From: Candidatus Latescibacterota bacterium
GTDB taxonomy: Bacteria; Latescibacterota; UBA2968; SICM01
Length of the DNA: 64,000 nucleotides
Direction of reading: 5' to 3'
Assembly (NCBI GenBank): GCA_965217865.1
Contig: CBDCJO010000002.1
Coordinates: 320,001 to 384,000 of the forward strand
Made by a program: the position numbers and the translations under genes. Below, piece by piece: positions 23,317-34,714 of this stretch. Below the pieces are notes generated by a model. That model made no database searches, had not been told where the DNA came from, and worked only from the letters and a program-made list of their open reading frames with translations. Every line of letters begins with the position of its first letter. Positions within the stretch are counted from its first letter, which is position 1.

Positions 23317-24842
23317 CAGCCTGTTGAAAAAGTGCGTTTATGCCAAGATGACTGTTGTCTTTCCTTGTGGTTTGGTCCTATGATATATCAGGTTCAAACT
23401 GAGAAGGGAGGACGAGCAAATGGCAATGGGAAAACGAGGACGACAGAGACAGGAAAACCTGTTCATCGCATCGAACACTTTGGTGAAATCTCCGGGTCAT
23501 CCGTTCTACGAGAAGCTGAATCAGGTATTGGGGGCGAACGGCTTCGACGAGTTCGTCGAGGGGCTTTGCCAGCGGTATTACGCTCCTCATATGGGTCGCA
23601 AGGGCATTCCGCCCGGGGTTTATTTTCGGATGCTTTTGATTGGGTATTTCGAGGGACTTGATTCGGAACGTGGGATCGAATGGCGTGTATCTGACTCGCT
23701 GACGTTGCGCCGGTTTTTGGGGTATGCCCTTGACGAACAGACCCCGGATCATTCCAGCCTGTCTCGCATCCGGCATCGGCTTCCCTTGGAAGTTCACGAA
23801 GCGGTTTTCAAGTGGATCCTGAGGGTCTTGTGCAAAGCGGGTCTGGTGAAGGGGAAGACGTTGGGCGTGGATGCTACGACACTGGAGGCCAACGCCGCGA
23901 TGCGCAGCATTGTACGCCGTGACACGGGTGAAGGCTACCAGGCATTCCTTGAGAATCTGGCCAAGGCCTCGGGCATTGAAACGCCTACCCGCGAGGACTT
24001 GTCCAAGATCGATAAGAAGCGACCGAAGAAGGGATCGAACCAGGACTGGGAGCACCCGCACGACCCGGATGCCAAGATCGCTAAGATGAAGGACGGTCGC
24101 ACGCACATGGCGCACAAGGTGGAGCACGCGGTGGATCTGGACACCAATGCCATTGTGGCAGTGGCGTTGTCGGGAGCAGATGAAGGAGATACCGAGTCGT
24201 TGCCCTGGACGCTGCTCGAGGCGCAGCTCAATCTCAAGCAGGTCGCGAAGGACGAAAAAGCTGCTAAGCGTTTGCACAGACAGCGTATACGGGAGGTGGT
24301 TGCGGACAAAGGATATCATAGCAACGATGTATTGACCAGTCTGAAGCAAGGCGGCATCCGGAGTTACATTTCAGAACCGGATCGGGGACGCCGCAAGTGG
24401 AACGGCCGACGAGATGAGCAGGCCGCGGTATATGCGAATCGACGCCGGATCAAGGGAGATCGCGGCAAGGCCTTGCGCCGAAGTCGTGCAGAACGGGTGG
24501 AAAGAACCATCGCTCACACATATGATACCGGTGGCATGCGCAGGTTGCACTTGAGAGACCGCGGCAATATCCTCAAGCGTTTGCTGATCCACATCGGGGG
24601 CTGCAACCTGGCTCTGCTCATGCGCAAAGTGATGGGCGTAGGTACTCCGAAGGCCCTCCAGGACCTGGCCAAGGCCTTGCAGCGTCTACTGCTCGTCCTA
24701 CAATCACGTTTGCTGCCCTCGGTCACCTTTTTAACCTCTTATCAGCGTCTCCTGCTCAATCTCCTTACCTTGATTTATCTGACCCGCACTCCAGGCGTCT
24801 TTTCCGTTTATGTGCGTTGAAAGGTAGTTCTTCAACGGGCTG
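23317..24842 (+). mobile_element. IS1182/IS5-like element copy 2 (transposase 23420..24820), TSD CTAG
   Basis: Near-identical to 14297-15823, with CTAG on both flanks and a 1-bp deletion near 24708. Confidence 0.92.
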
Positions 24843-24953
24843 CTAGGCGCTTGATGCGTCACATCGCGCATAGATTGCGCTTCGTTAGAGTAGCCAATGT
24901 CGTGCCGCCGCGGAGCCCCTACATTCTCGTTGAACGATTGGTTAGCTCCTTCG

Positions 24954-25415
24954 TCATATCTGATACGTGTAATCAATATTCGATTGAAATTCTTGACTAA
25001 ACACCAGGGAGAACCCGTCTGGTATTTCTGGAAAGAACACGTCACCATCAACCTCGCAATGTACAGTAGACACATGCAATGTATCTGCCCTGTGAATCAT
25101 GCTATGGTAGACTTGCCCACCACCAGCAACAATCAGATGATCTGTAAAGTTTGACATTGCATTGAGCGCATCGTCAATCGATGAGAAAGCCCGGATTCTA
25201 TCCGATTCCTGACAGGCACCCGAATTTGTCAGGACTGCATATTTCCGGTTTGGAAGTGTCCCCATCGAATCAAACGTCTTGCGCCCGACCAACAACCATT
25301 GTTTATATGTCAAGGCTTTAAACAAGAGATGCTCGCCCTTTGCCTTCCATGGAATGTTCGGCCCAGCGCCGATAACCCGATTATCGGATTTTGCTCCAAT
25401 GAGTGAGATATTCAT
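24954..25415 (-). CDS. dfrA: DfrA-type (trimethoprim-insensitive family) dihydrofolate reductase with premature stop 4 codons early
   Basis: [51 protein letters not shown]. Ends YQI-TGA-RRS-TAA, with the TAA inside a GCTAAC inverse core site. Confidence 0.88.
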   Translation of the reverse strand: MNISLIGAKSDNRVIGAGPNIPWKAKGEHLLFKALTYKQWLLVGRKTFDSMGTLPNRKYAVLTNSGACQESDRIRAFSSIDDALNAMSNFTDHLIVAGGGQVYHSMIHRADTLHVSTVHCEVDGDVFFPEIPDGFSLVFSQEFQSNIDYTYQI

Positions 25416-25468
25416 TTTGTGAAAAAACTCAAGATGGGGTGGTTGGATTTCGCTTTCGCGTCAGTTTC

Positions 25469-25606
25469 GCATAACGCTCAGGGGTTGCAGAAGTGGCCGT
25501 GCATTGCTAAAAGATAAGGGTTTGAAGGAAATGGGAAAAGAAAAACCCACGCCCATTTTAGGGGTGAGCGGAAGGTGCGCTGGGGAACTGCAACCCTCTG
25601 TTATAG
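25469..25606 (-). other. attC recombination site
   Basis: GCATAAC...GTTATAG ends with inner palindrome GGGTTGCAG/CTGCAACCC. It follows the stop of minus-strand ORF 25624..25845. Confidence 0.75.
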
Positions 25607-25919
25607 GATGTGCCAGTCCGCTCTTAAAACCAGTCGTTTACGGATGCCCTTGTCTGTTGTAGTCGCCGCAGTCTATCCTCAAAGTCATCGCCTATGGGTC
25701 GAACCGAAGTGTACCCCGAGAGGAAATCAGAGTGATTTTCCGGCGGTATTCCATGATCTAGCGCCTTCAATAGATCCAGATCGAAATAGCTGTAGCACAA
25801 TGAGGTAAAGTCGATCAAGCAAGGTTCCGTGTCTTGAAAGAGCATGTTTTCACAGGTCAGGTCACCGTGAATAATACCACATGCGCAGACACATGCGCCA
25901 AATCCACGGGAAGTTCAAA

Positions 25920-28577
25920 ATGAAACGTCTGGTTCCCATTTCATTTGCATTTCTGTTCATGGCACTCACGTCCGACGCTTTCGCCAGGCGCTCGGGCCTG
26001 ATGGTGGTTGAGAAGATCGTCGCCTTCGAGATCCGGGTCGTCTCCTTACCCCCTTCTCCAGATTTCAGCGGAAACGGCGTGGTCGGGCTTGAGGATTTCT
26101 TCGCGTTCGCGGAGGTTTACGGTTCCGTCGACGGCGATGGGATCTACCAAGCCAAGTTCGACCTGAGCCGGAACGGGAGTATCGGGTTCGAGGATTTCTT
26201 CATTTTCGCCGAGTCCTTTGGAATGGAAGTTGGTACATCATCGCCGCCACCGGACCCGCCAGCCGGATTGGCGCCGGCGGATCAGGCAGCGTTCGACAGT
26301 CTGGCTGTCGGGAAGCAGATAGTGGCCCAAGGTTCGGACGATAGGCTGGTCTTTCTTTCTCCCGGCCGCATCCGGGAGCTTTTCCAAGGTGAGTCCTACG
26401 ACGGCGACTATCAGTATGAAAATACCGGTGAAAATACGGGGACCCTCACGTACACCTATGACGTGACAGGCAACAACCCCAACGTCGAAAAGTCGGTGCT
26501 CGAGCTTACGTTCACTTCAATGACCGCGGGCACGTTCGTCTATACCTATACCGAGAGCGGGTCGGTCGTCGTGTCGCCGTCTGAGGAGACCATCGCTCTG
26601 GGCAACACGCTTCAGCTGACGGCGGAGGCATTCGACGAGAGCGGGCACGCGGTGGCGGAGGTCGAGTTCTCCTGGGAGTCCAGTGACGCTGCGGTGGCCA
26701 CGGTGGACGCGTCGGGTCTGGTGACAGGAGTCGCCGTGGGAACGGCCACGATCACGGCGAGTGCAGGCAGCGGACAGGGGACAGCGGAGATCACCGTCAT
26801 GGACCTGGAACGGGCAGCGCTGGTTGCGCTGTACGAAGCGACGGATGGGCCGAACTGGGTCAACAGCAACAACTGGCTGACGGACGCGCCGCTCGGGGAC
26901 TGGTACGGGGTGGATGTGGATGGGCGGGGCCGGGTTGTCCGGCTGGATCTCAGCGGCAGGGTGGATGAGGCGGGAAGGTCTGTCAGTCATGGCCTGTCGG
27001 GTCCGATCCCAGGCGAACTCGCTGACCTCGCCGGCCTGACGGAGCTGTGGCTCCACGACAACGAACTGTCGGGCCCGATCCCGGGCGAACTCGGGAACCT
27101 GGCCCGCCTGGAAAGTCTGCGTCTCACCTTCAACGACCTTTCGGGCCCGATCCCGAGCGAACTCGGTAGCCTGGCCCGCCTGGAGAGGCTGGAGATCGGC
27201 TTCAACGAACTTTCGGGCCCGATCCCGGGCGAGCTTGGCAACTTGTCCAGCTTGTGGCGGCTAGCACTCTACGAGAACGACCTGACCGGCCCGATTCCGC
27301 CCGAACTCGCCAACCTCCTAAGCCTGACGCAGCTGTGGCTCCGGGACAACGACCTCACGGGCCCAATTCCGCCCGAACTCGCCAACCTCATTGGCCTCAC
27401 GCAGCTGGATCTCTCCAGCAATGACCTGACGGGTCCGATCCCGCATAGTTTCCTGCAACTTGACAGGCTTCGTCAGTTTTTCATTGGGGGAAACGGAAGT
27501 CTCTGCGTACCAGGGACTTCTTCTTTCGTGGCGTGGCTGCAAGGAATTGAGAATGCCTCCGGGCCTTATTGCAACGAGGCGGACGCGGCGGCGCTGGAAA
27601 CCCTGTACAACGCCTCCGGCGGAGCAGACTGGACGAATTCCAGCAGATGGCTCGAGACTCCCGCTCTCGACGAATGGTACGGCGTGACGGCGGACGCCCT
27701 CGGCCGGGTCGTGTCACTCGACCTGAGCCGCAACGGACTCGCGGGACGGCTTCCGGGCAGCCTGGGCGAACTGGCTCACATGACCGAGCTAAGGATCGCT
27801 GGCAACACTGGCCTTTCCGGCCGCCTTCCGTTGTCGCTGGCCGGCCTCTCCCTCCGGGCGCTTCACTACGCCGGGACGGAGCTGTGTGCCCCGGTCGACA
27901 CGTCCTTCCAAGCCTGGCTGAACGCCATTCCGTCGCATGAGGGCACCGGGGCCGAGTGCGCCCCGCCTTCCGACCGGGACATCCTGGTGGCGCTCTACGA
28001 AGCGACCGGCGGACCTTACTGGGTCAACAGCAGCAACTGGCTCACGAAAGCGCCGCTGCAGGATTGGCACGGCGTGGCCGTTGACGGTGAAGGTCGCGTG
28101 TCGCATCTCTCGCTCAGGGGAAACGGTCTACGGGGGCCGATACCACGCGAACTCGGCAGCCTCACCAGCCTGACGGTGCTGAGCCTTACGAGAAACCAAC
28201 TCTCCGGCCCCATCCCCCCGGAACTCGGCAACCTGGCCAGCCTGACAACTCTGGAACTAGGCGGTAACGCCCTCGAAGGCCCCATCCCACCTGAACTGGG
28301 CAACCTCGCCAGCCTGACGCACCTTTACCTCTGGGAGAATGAGCTCTCAGGCCGGATCCCCGGCGAACTGGGCCTAACCAGTCTGAGGCAGATTCTCCTC
28401 CCGAAAAACAAGCTCTCAGGCCCGATCCCACCCGAACTCGGCAACCTGTCCAGCCTTTCGGAACTGGTCCTTAACGAGAACCGCCTGACCGGTCCGATCC
28501 CACCCGAGCTCGGCAACCTCACCCGCCCGCGGAAGGCTGGGTCGGTATCAGGGAAGTCGCTGCCCACCTGCAGGTAG
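25920..28577 (+). CDS. Chimeric secreted protein: signal peptide + dockerin/EF-hand-like + unknown domain + Ig-like (Big_2) + plant-type LRR blocks; C-terminally truncated
   Basis: MKRLVPISFAFLFMALTSDAFA; DFSGNGVVGLEDF; WESSDAAVATVDASGLVT; three ALY..T.G..W caps with LSGPIPxELGNL repeats. The LRR frame is cut at ~28523. Confidence 0.85.
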   Translation: MKRLVPISFAFLFMALTSDAFARRSGLMVVEKIVAFEIRVVSLPPSPDFSGNGVVGLEDFFAFAEVYGSVDGDGIYQAKFDLSRNGSIGFEDFFIFAESFGMEVGTSSPPPDPPAGLAPADQAAFDSLAVGKQIVAQGSDDRLVFLSPGRIRELFQGESYDGDYQYENTGENTGTLTYTYDVTGNNPNVEKSVLELTFTSMTAGTFVYTYTESGSVVVSPSEETIALGNTLQLTAEAFDESGHAVAEVEFSWESSDAAVATVDASGLVTGVAVGTATITASAGSGQGTAEITVMDLERAALVALYEATDGPNWVNSNNWLTDAPLGDWYGVDVDGRGRVVRLDLSGRVDEAGRSVSHGLSGPIPGELADLAGLTELWLHDNELSGPIPGELGNLARLESLRLTFNDLSGPIPSELGSLARLERLEIGFNELSGPIPGELGNLSSLWRLALYENDLTGPIPPELANLLSLTQLWLRDNDLTGPIPPELANLIGLTQLDLSSNDLTGPIPHSFLQLDRLRQFFIGGNGSLCVPGTSSFVAWLQGIENASGPYCNEADAAALETLYNASGGADWTNSSRWLETPALDEWYGVTADALGRVVSLDLSRNGLAGRLPGSLGELAHMTELRIAGNTGLSGRLPLSLAGLSLRALHYAGTELCAPVDTSFQAWLNAIPSHEGTGAECAPPSDRDILVALYEATGGPYWVNSSNWLTKAPLQDWHGVAVDGEGRVSHLSLRGNGLRGPIPRELGSLTSLTVLSLTRNQLSGPIPPELGNLASLTTLELGGNALEGPIPPELGNLASLTHLYLWENELSGRIPGELGLTSLRQILLPKNKLSGPIPPELGNLSSLSELVLNENRLTGPIPPELGNLTRPRKAGSVSGKSLPTCR

Positions 28578-28750
28578 CCAGAGATACCGTCTACCGTTGG
28601 GTCGACTCAAAGGGCCTTCCCGCACACCGCGTGGGACGGTTGTTGCGATTCAGGCTCTCGGAGGTGGACGAGTGGGTGCAAAACAGCAGCGGAGATGAGT
28701 CTGAACAAAACCCATCGGGCAAGATGGCTCAGGACGAGAGAGACGATTAG
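28572..28750 (+). pseudogene. Excisionase-type HTH DNA-binding protein fragment
   Basis: Hand translation gives VARDTVYRWVDSKGLPAHRVGRLLRFRLSEVDEWV, ending 3 bp before the helicase ATG. Confidence 0.75.
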
Positions 28751-28753
28751 AGA

Positions 28754-29628
28754 ATGGGTGAGAATCCTCTTTCAGCGCAGGTCGGAAATCGAATATCCCT
28801 ATTGGAGCACTTCGACGTACCTGTCATCCTGGAGGATGTAAGGCCCCTCGGTACGGACGGGTCTGCTGGCTACGAGTGCCGGGTTCGATTGCCGGACGGC
28901 GCACTTGAGGAGGCGGTCATCTCATCCGAGGAGGCCGCGAGCATTTTCGGCGCGGAAGAGAAAGTGGCGGCCCAGCCCGCGGATGCGGAAAGGCTGCGGC
29001 TCCTGATCGAGTCTGCGCGTATTCGTCTCGCCTACGCCTACGACCGCCAGTTTGCCGTCAGTCTGTCCGGTATACGCACCCTGCCTCATCAGATCGAGGC
29101 GGTCTATCAGAAGATGCTGCCGCAGCCGCGGTTGCGATTCCTGCTCGCCGACGACCCCGGTGCGGGCAAGACGATCATGGCCGGGCTTCTTATTAAGGAA
29201 CTCAAGCTCCGAGAGGCTATCGACCGATGCCTCATCCTCGTCCCTGCACCGTTGACCATTCAGTGGCAGGACGAACTGCTCCGCTTTTTTAATGAGCCGT
29301 TTCAGATGATCCACTCGGCGAATGACCAGCAGCAGCTTCTAAATCTGTGGGAGCGGGAATCTCAGGTCATCTCGTCCATCGACTACGCCAAGCAGGACGA
29401 CGTCCGTGAACGCGTCTGGCAACAGCGGTGGGACCTCATCGTCATCGACGAAGCACACAAATGCAGCGCCTACACGAAGCGCTCGGCAGGTCGCGGTGAC
29501 GAGGTCGAGCGCACGAAGCGGTATCAGCTCGCCGAGCGACTCTCGGAGCAATGCGACAACCTCCTGCTCCTGACGGCGACACCCCATCATGGTGACGACG
29601 ACCGGTTCGCGCATTTCATACGTCTCCT
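28754..29628 (+). pseudogene. SNF2-type helicase (DISARM DrmD-like), N-terminal part
   Basis: LPHQIEAV, LLADDPGAGKT, IDEAH, LTATPH. Broken after FIRLL. Confidence 0.85.
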
Positions 29629-29629
29629 C

Positions 29630-30325
29630 AGGAGGTCCAAACTCCAGATCTGCCAGGACATGTAGGATTGTCCGGGACTTCGCACCCATCCTCTCCCAGA
29701 ATGACCGGTAGTAGTCGCGAATATCGCCGATGGGACAGGCGGGAAGTGCTGCCACTTTCTCTGCTGTCACCGTTTTGCCAGCTCGGACAACCTCCTCGAA
29801 CGAATAGATCAGATGGAGCGGCAAACCATGCGAGATGTCGTGAAAAGCTCTCGCTACTGCTCGGACCACTTGGCCGCGCGTTTGCCGTCCGACCACTTCC
29901 AGATTTAGTCTACCGGCCTTGTCTTGGAAGTGCAGCCAGCGGTGCACCGCCGCCTGGGACATCAATGGAAGCTCGGTCCAGCGCTCGGTGGGAAGGGCGT
30001 TTAGAAGTCTCGCGGGCAAATGTTCGCTGGCGATCTTCTGCGTCCCCACGACTAGCCTGACATTCGTCGGAAGTGGAAGAAGCGCATCGAACAGCTCTTC
30101 CATGTCCTCGTGATCACGATGATTGCGCCATACATGATCTAGCCCGTCGACGGTCACGATCAGTCGGCGGCCTTCGCCCTGCAGCCGGAGAGCCGCCGTC
30201 TCGAGAAATTTCCTGAAGTCCCCGCACGATCCTTTCAGATCCTGAATTCCCTCCTCAAGCTGATATTCAAGTGATCGGGCTATCGCATGGTAGTGAAAGC
30301 GGCCCTCCGAACGGTCCTCAAAGCT
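29630..30325 (-). pseudogene. STAND/NACHT-like NTPase internal fragment
   Basis: IVTVDGLDHV Walker-B-like motif and the GLPLHL GxP motif. Confidence 0.6.
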
Positions 30326-30414
30326 CAGAAAATAGTGGTGGCGTATGCATACGGCGCTCTTCGGGTCGATGCGCGCAGCGCAATGGCTGAGGTAAGTGCT
30401 CTTGCCACGCCCAG

Positions 30415-30520
30415 GTGGGCAACCTGAAAAACCTTGTGTACCTGAATCTGTCCGACAATCAGTTGAGTGGGAGTATTCCTGCCGAATTGGGCAACCTGGA
30501 AAGCCTCGGGAATCTGAATC
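30415..30520 (+). pseudogene. LRR fragment
   Basis: GNLKNLVYLNLSDNQLSGSIPAELGNLESL. Confidence 0.75.
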
Positions 30521-30529
30521 AGAGATATT

Positions 30530-31243
30530 GTCAAATGTTGTGGATGAGGGCGAGCGTATCCGAATGGATCAGGCAGCCCTTTTCAGGTCACCATCTTCGA
30601 ACAGGGCGCCATCAACGACCAGCTGTATCAGGTTTGAGCCTCGCAATCTGAGCCACGATTTCTCAGCTCCGAGAGCCAGCTTATAGACCATTGCCATCGT
30701 GGCATTAACCGATCCGCATCCTTTGGTTTGACGTGTCCTGTGTCTGACCGTAGCGAAGGTTGATTCAATCGGATTTGTGCTGCGCAGGTGGAGCCAGTGT
30801 ATCGCCGGGAAATCGTAATAGGTGAAAAGCACATCCCTGCCCTTGGTCAGGCACTCGCAGGCCTTCGGATATCTGGCCTGGTAGAGTTCGCAGAATCGAT
30901 CATAGGTCGAAAAGGGCGTGTTTACGGCTCGGTGATCGATACATTTCGTGGATCAGCCTCTTAGCGTCGGGCTGAACGGATTTCGGGAGTTTGTCCAGCA
31001 CGTTGGCAGTCTTATGGACCCAACATCGCTGGTGCTTTGTCCGGGGGTACTCCTCTTCCAATGCCGCCCAGAAGCCCAGAGCGCCGTCTCCCACGGCCAG
31101 GAATGGGTCGATCGTCAAACCTCGTGCTTTGAGATCCCGCAACAGGGTTTGCCAGGAGAGCTTGCTCTCACGCTGGCCGTCCTCGATAGCGATGACTTCC
31201 TTGCAGCCTTCAGCCGTTGCACCGACCAGCACGAGCACACAGG
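30530..31243 (-). mobile_element. IS256-family transposase, 3' remnant with frameshift
   Basis: VGDGALGFW, QRCWVHK, LRSTNPIESTF. Confidence 0.85.
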
Positions 31244-32605
31244 AACGCCGGTCTGGCCGCCCTGGACTCCGACGGAGACGGGACCACCAACGGCGAGGAG
31301 CTTGGGGACCCTGACGGCGACGGTGTCCCGGTCGACGGCGCGGTCGTCACCAATCCCGCAGACTCGGCCAGCACTCCGCCCCCGGAAGGAGTGATCCAGG
31401 TACTCTCCTTTGCCATCGCCGGTCAGGAACTTGTCGGGGACGCCTCGAACCCCCCGGTGGATGCCGGTGACCGGGAGGTGGTGATCCGCTTTGCCGAGCC
31501 CGTGGCCTTCGAACCGTCGGAGGACGGCTCGCCGGTCTTCGACAACCTGGGCGTCGGTTTCGCACCCTACCTGGGGATTGGTGAAGAGGTCACGAATCTT
31601 TCGATCAGCGGAGACGGACGGACTCTCACGGCAACGGTCTTCCTGGCGGAGAACACGGCGTATCAGGTTCTGGTCGGACCGACCGACCCCGGCTCTTTCG
31701 ACGAGCATCAGGTCTACTACGTCGGGACAAGCGAACTTCCCGGCGTCTCCATCACCGGCCGGGCGATCTATCCTGAGGATCTGGCCGACCGTGCCGGAGA
31801 AGGCCTGGCGGTGGTCGTCCTTCTCGATCGCGAGCGGTACGAGTTGCTCCAGGAAGAAGGACAGGGGTTCAATCCCGCCATGGCGAAAATCCTCGCCGAG
31901 GCGTCAGCGTCCCGGGTACGGGAGGAACCCGAAGCGGAGGACGCAGAGACCGTTGCGCTGGTGCGGATGACTGGAATCGGGTCGGGTGGGCGTTACGAGT
32001 TGAAGTTTGTCCCGGATGGCGACTATGTCCTTTTGGCAACCGTTGTGCTGGATGATGGCGAGGTCCTCATGGCGGGGAGTTACGGCGTGGAGGACCTGGA
32101 ATCGGGTCCCGCGCCCCTCCTGGTGGAGGGTGTGAGCCTGACGGACGTGGACGTCGACCTGTTTCACATCGGGGCAGACACAGTAGACGCAAGGGAAGTC
32201 ACCGTCGCCGGGGTGGATGTGGAGGGGGGATTCCTCTATTTCGATGATTCGGACGGCGACCGGGTAACCGTGAGTGTTTTTCCGATCCTGGGGTCGATTC
32301 TGGACCTGGAGGGGAACTTGATCGAACTCTCCGATCTCGGGGTGGGCTCGGTCGTACTCGTCTCGGGCCTGATGGTGGTCGGGGAGATCGTCGCCTTCGA
32401 GATCCGGGTCGTCTCCCTGATCCTGGCCGCCGACTTCACCGGCGATGGCCTGGTAAACTACGACGATTTCTGGGACTTCGTCGCTCGCTACGGCACACGG
32501 GAGGGTGACGCCAACTACTCGTCTCGCCACGACCTCACCCGGGACGGCGTCGTCGACTTCAGCGATTTTCTGAAATTCGCCGAGGCTTTCGGAAAAAGTG
32601 TCTGA
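31243..32605 (+). pseudogene. 5'-truncated paralog of the 61042..62658 secreted protein, with a different dockerin-like tail
   Basis: High identity to 61262-62447. The tail ADFTGDGLVNYDDF differs from PDFSGNGVVGLEDF. Confidence 0.88.
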
Positions 32606-33039
32606 TGACGGACCTGAAACGCCATTGGGTAGTGCACGGTGCTTTGGGAACACCACGCTCTTCCAGAACGTGATCGACTATTACATCGTTGCGTTTTTGG
32701 GCATGGCGACCTCCGGCAAGAACCCGCTGACCGGTTTCCGGCGTTCCGGTGTCACTCGTTCGGGTCTCCGTGACTCGCAAGGACAGTCATGTCGCGGTCT
32801 GTCGGAGAACCGGGCGCTGACAAGCTGAGAGCGCCTGCCTGACGACCGGGACAGGACACCGGTTCCAGCGTGTGCATCGCCTGACTCGAACCATAGTCCT
32901 TGCTGATCAATCCGGTTTGCTGGACAGCGCCTTTCGAACGAGCGTCATTGTGTCCTGTTTCGGGGATTGTGGACCTGGAGTTGCACCGGTTTAGACCAGG
33001 CCAGGACTTCATCCATAAGCCTTGGCCGGGGTGCTGGTG

Positions 33040-33487
33040 CGGACAGCGCCGCCGGACCTGCCCGACTGGGAAGAGCTTGAAGAGTTCGAGGACGCCGAGC
33101 GCGAGCGACTAGAGCGAATGCTGGAGGCGATCACGCTGGCCGGTAACGCTGAGCAGGTACGTGAAGAGATCACCGAACTCTTGGAACTTGCCGAAGAGGC
33201 CAAGGCCGTCGAAGGCTCGGGCCACGAGGCGAAACTCGGACATCTTCGGAAGATCATGCAGGACGAGGGATTCTTCGACCGCCCCGACCAACGACTGCTG
33301 CTCTTCACCGAGTTCAAGGACACCCTCGACCACCTGCTGGAGCAGTTGAAGGCTTGGGGCTTCAGCGTCGGCTGTATCCACGGTGGCATGAAGGCTGGCT
33401 CACGCGACGAACCAGGAAGTCGGATTTACACCGAACAGTAGTTCCGCGAAGGTACCATCCAGGTTCTGGTGGCCACCGAGGCGGCCG
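33040..33487 (+). pseudogene. SNF2 helicase C-terminal lobe fragment with internal stop
   Basis: LLLFTEFKDTLDHL, IHGGM, then TAG, then FREGTIQVLVATEAA. Confidence 0.8.
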
Positions 33488-33614
33488 GCCCGTTGTCGCA
33501 ACTGCCGGTCAAAACGCCGGTCAGATCTTGCCGTTTCAGAACCTCCAGAGCCTCCTCGGGCACAGATCCGCCGCCGCGACTGGTCGCTTAAGCTCCCTGG
33601 GCCGATCCCAGGAG

Positions 33615-34052
33615 CTACGAACGCCTCACGCTGAGTTCAACGTCCCGCAAGTAGGTCAGATACCTTTTGCGTAAGTTGTCAGGAGCCGCATCGAGTTCCC
33701 GGCACTTAGCCGCTACCTTCTCGTGGTCGAATTCCAGCGGGTCGGATGAGTGGGCAAATTTGTTACGGATCTCTCCGACAACATGTAAACCATTTAGGGT
33801 TTTCCGATCATAAAGTCCGAGGGCATAACCAAGTTCTATCGTGCTCCAGAAGGACAGACGCTTGAATACTTTGTTGTCAACGTTATGGAACTTCTTTTTC
33901 TCTATAGCTTTTTGTAGCCGGTCCTCGAAAAGCGCTGCGGCAAGAACAGCGGCACCTCTGTCGCTCTCTCCGTCAAACAACTGGTAGAAGTTGTAGGCCT
34001 CGTCCCAAGCCTCTTCGATGGTTTCTCTGAGCGTTTTTTCTTCCTCACTCAT
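33615..34052 (-). CDS. MtlR/HEPN-like protein
   Basis: ESDRGAAVLAAA and IRNKFAH (RxxxxH) motifs; RBS-like GGAAGGAA before the ATG. Confidence 0.6.
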   Translation of the reverse strand: MSEEEKTLRETIEEAWDEAYNFYQLFDGESDRGAAVLAAALFEDRLQKAIEKKKFHNVDNKVFKRLSFWSTIELGYALGLYDRKTLNGLHVVGEIRNKFAHSSDPLEFDHEKVAAKCRELDAAPDNLRKRYLTYLRDVELSVRRS

Positions 34053-34714
34053 CCAAATTCCTTCCTCTTCAGCCGCCCGCGCCGCTACGCCACCGGGAAT
34101 CGCCCCAATAGGGCATACCCAGCGGCGCACCTCCATTGTGGGCCAAAACGTGTCCCAATAGAGTGCCATTCCGCATCTCAAGGCATTATCGGCCCCAAAC
34201 ACCCCCTAAATGTGACGAAACGCGGCGGCCTCGTTCCGTCGGTTTCTTCCTCCCGTTCCCGGCCACCCATTACCTCGCCGCCGAGGCCCCGATCCGCAGG
34301 CAGCGCTAGTCGCGACGTTGATGCCTTTCGAGCCGCTCGAGCATGTTGATCTTCCGGTGGGAAGCGAGCATTGCAATGGCACAGGCCTCGCCGAACTGCC
34401 TCATGAGGTTTCCGGACGGGATCAGAAAACCTGATAGGAGAAGGTGCGCCGAGGTGAGAACGCTATTGAAGGCCGCGAACAGGAACATCTCGACCCACGC
34501 GGCACGCTGGTCCGCTGACACTGACTTGGTGAATTGTTTCAGTAGTCGGCACGTTAGATACAACTCTTTTGCAAGCACCTCGATCTCGGAGGGGAACTCC
34601 TCTAGGAAGCGTTCACGGACATCGCCGTTGTCAGAGATCAGGGCCCGTCGGATCTATTCGACAGTGAGAGTGTGAGCCTCGGCGGGCGGTGAGGAATCCG
34701 CTTGGTCAGACGCC

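Noticed and set aside
26990-28520. 72-bp periodic repeats
   Set aside because: Coding LRR units, not a CRISPR or DGR repeat.
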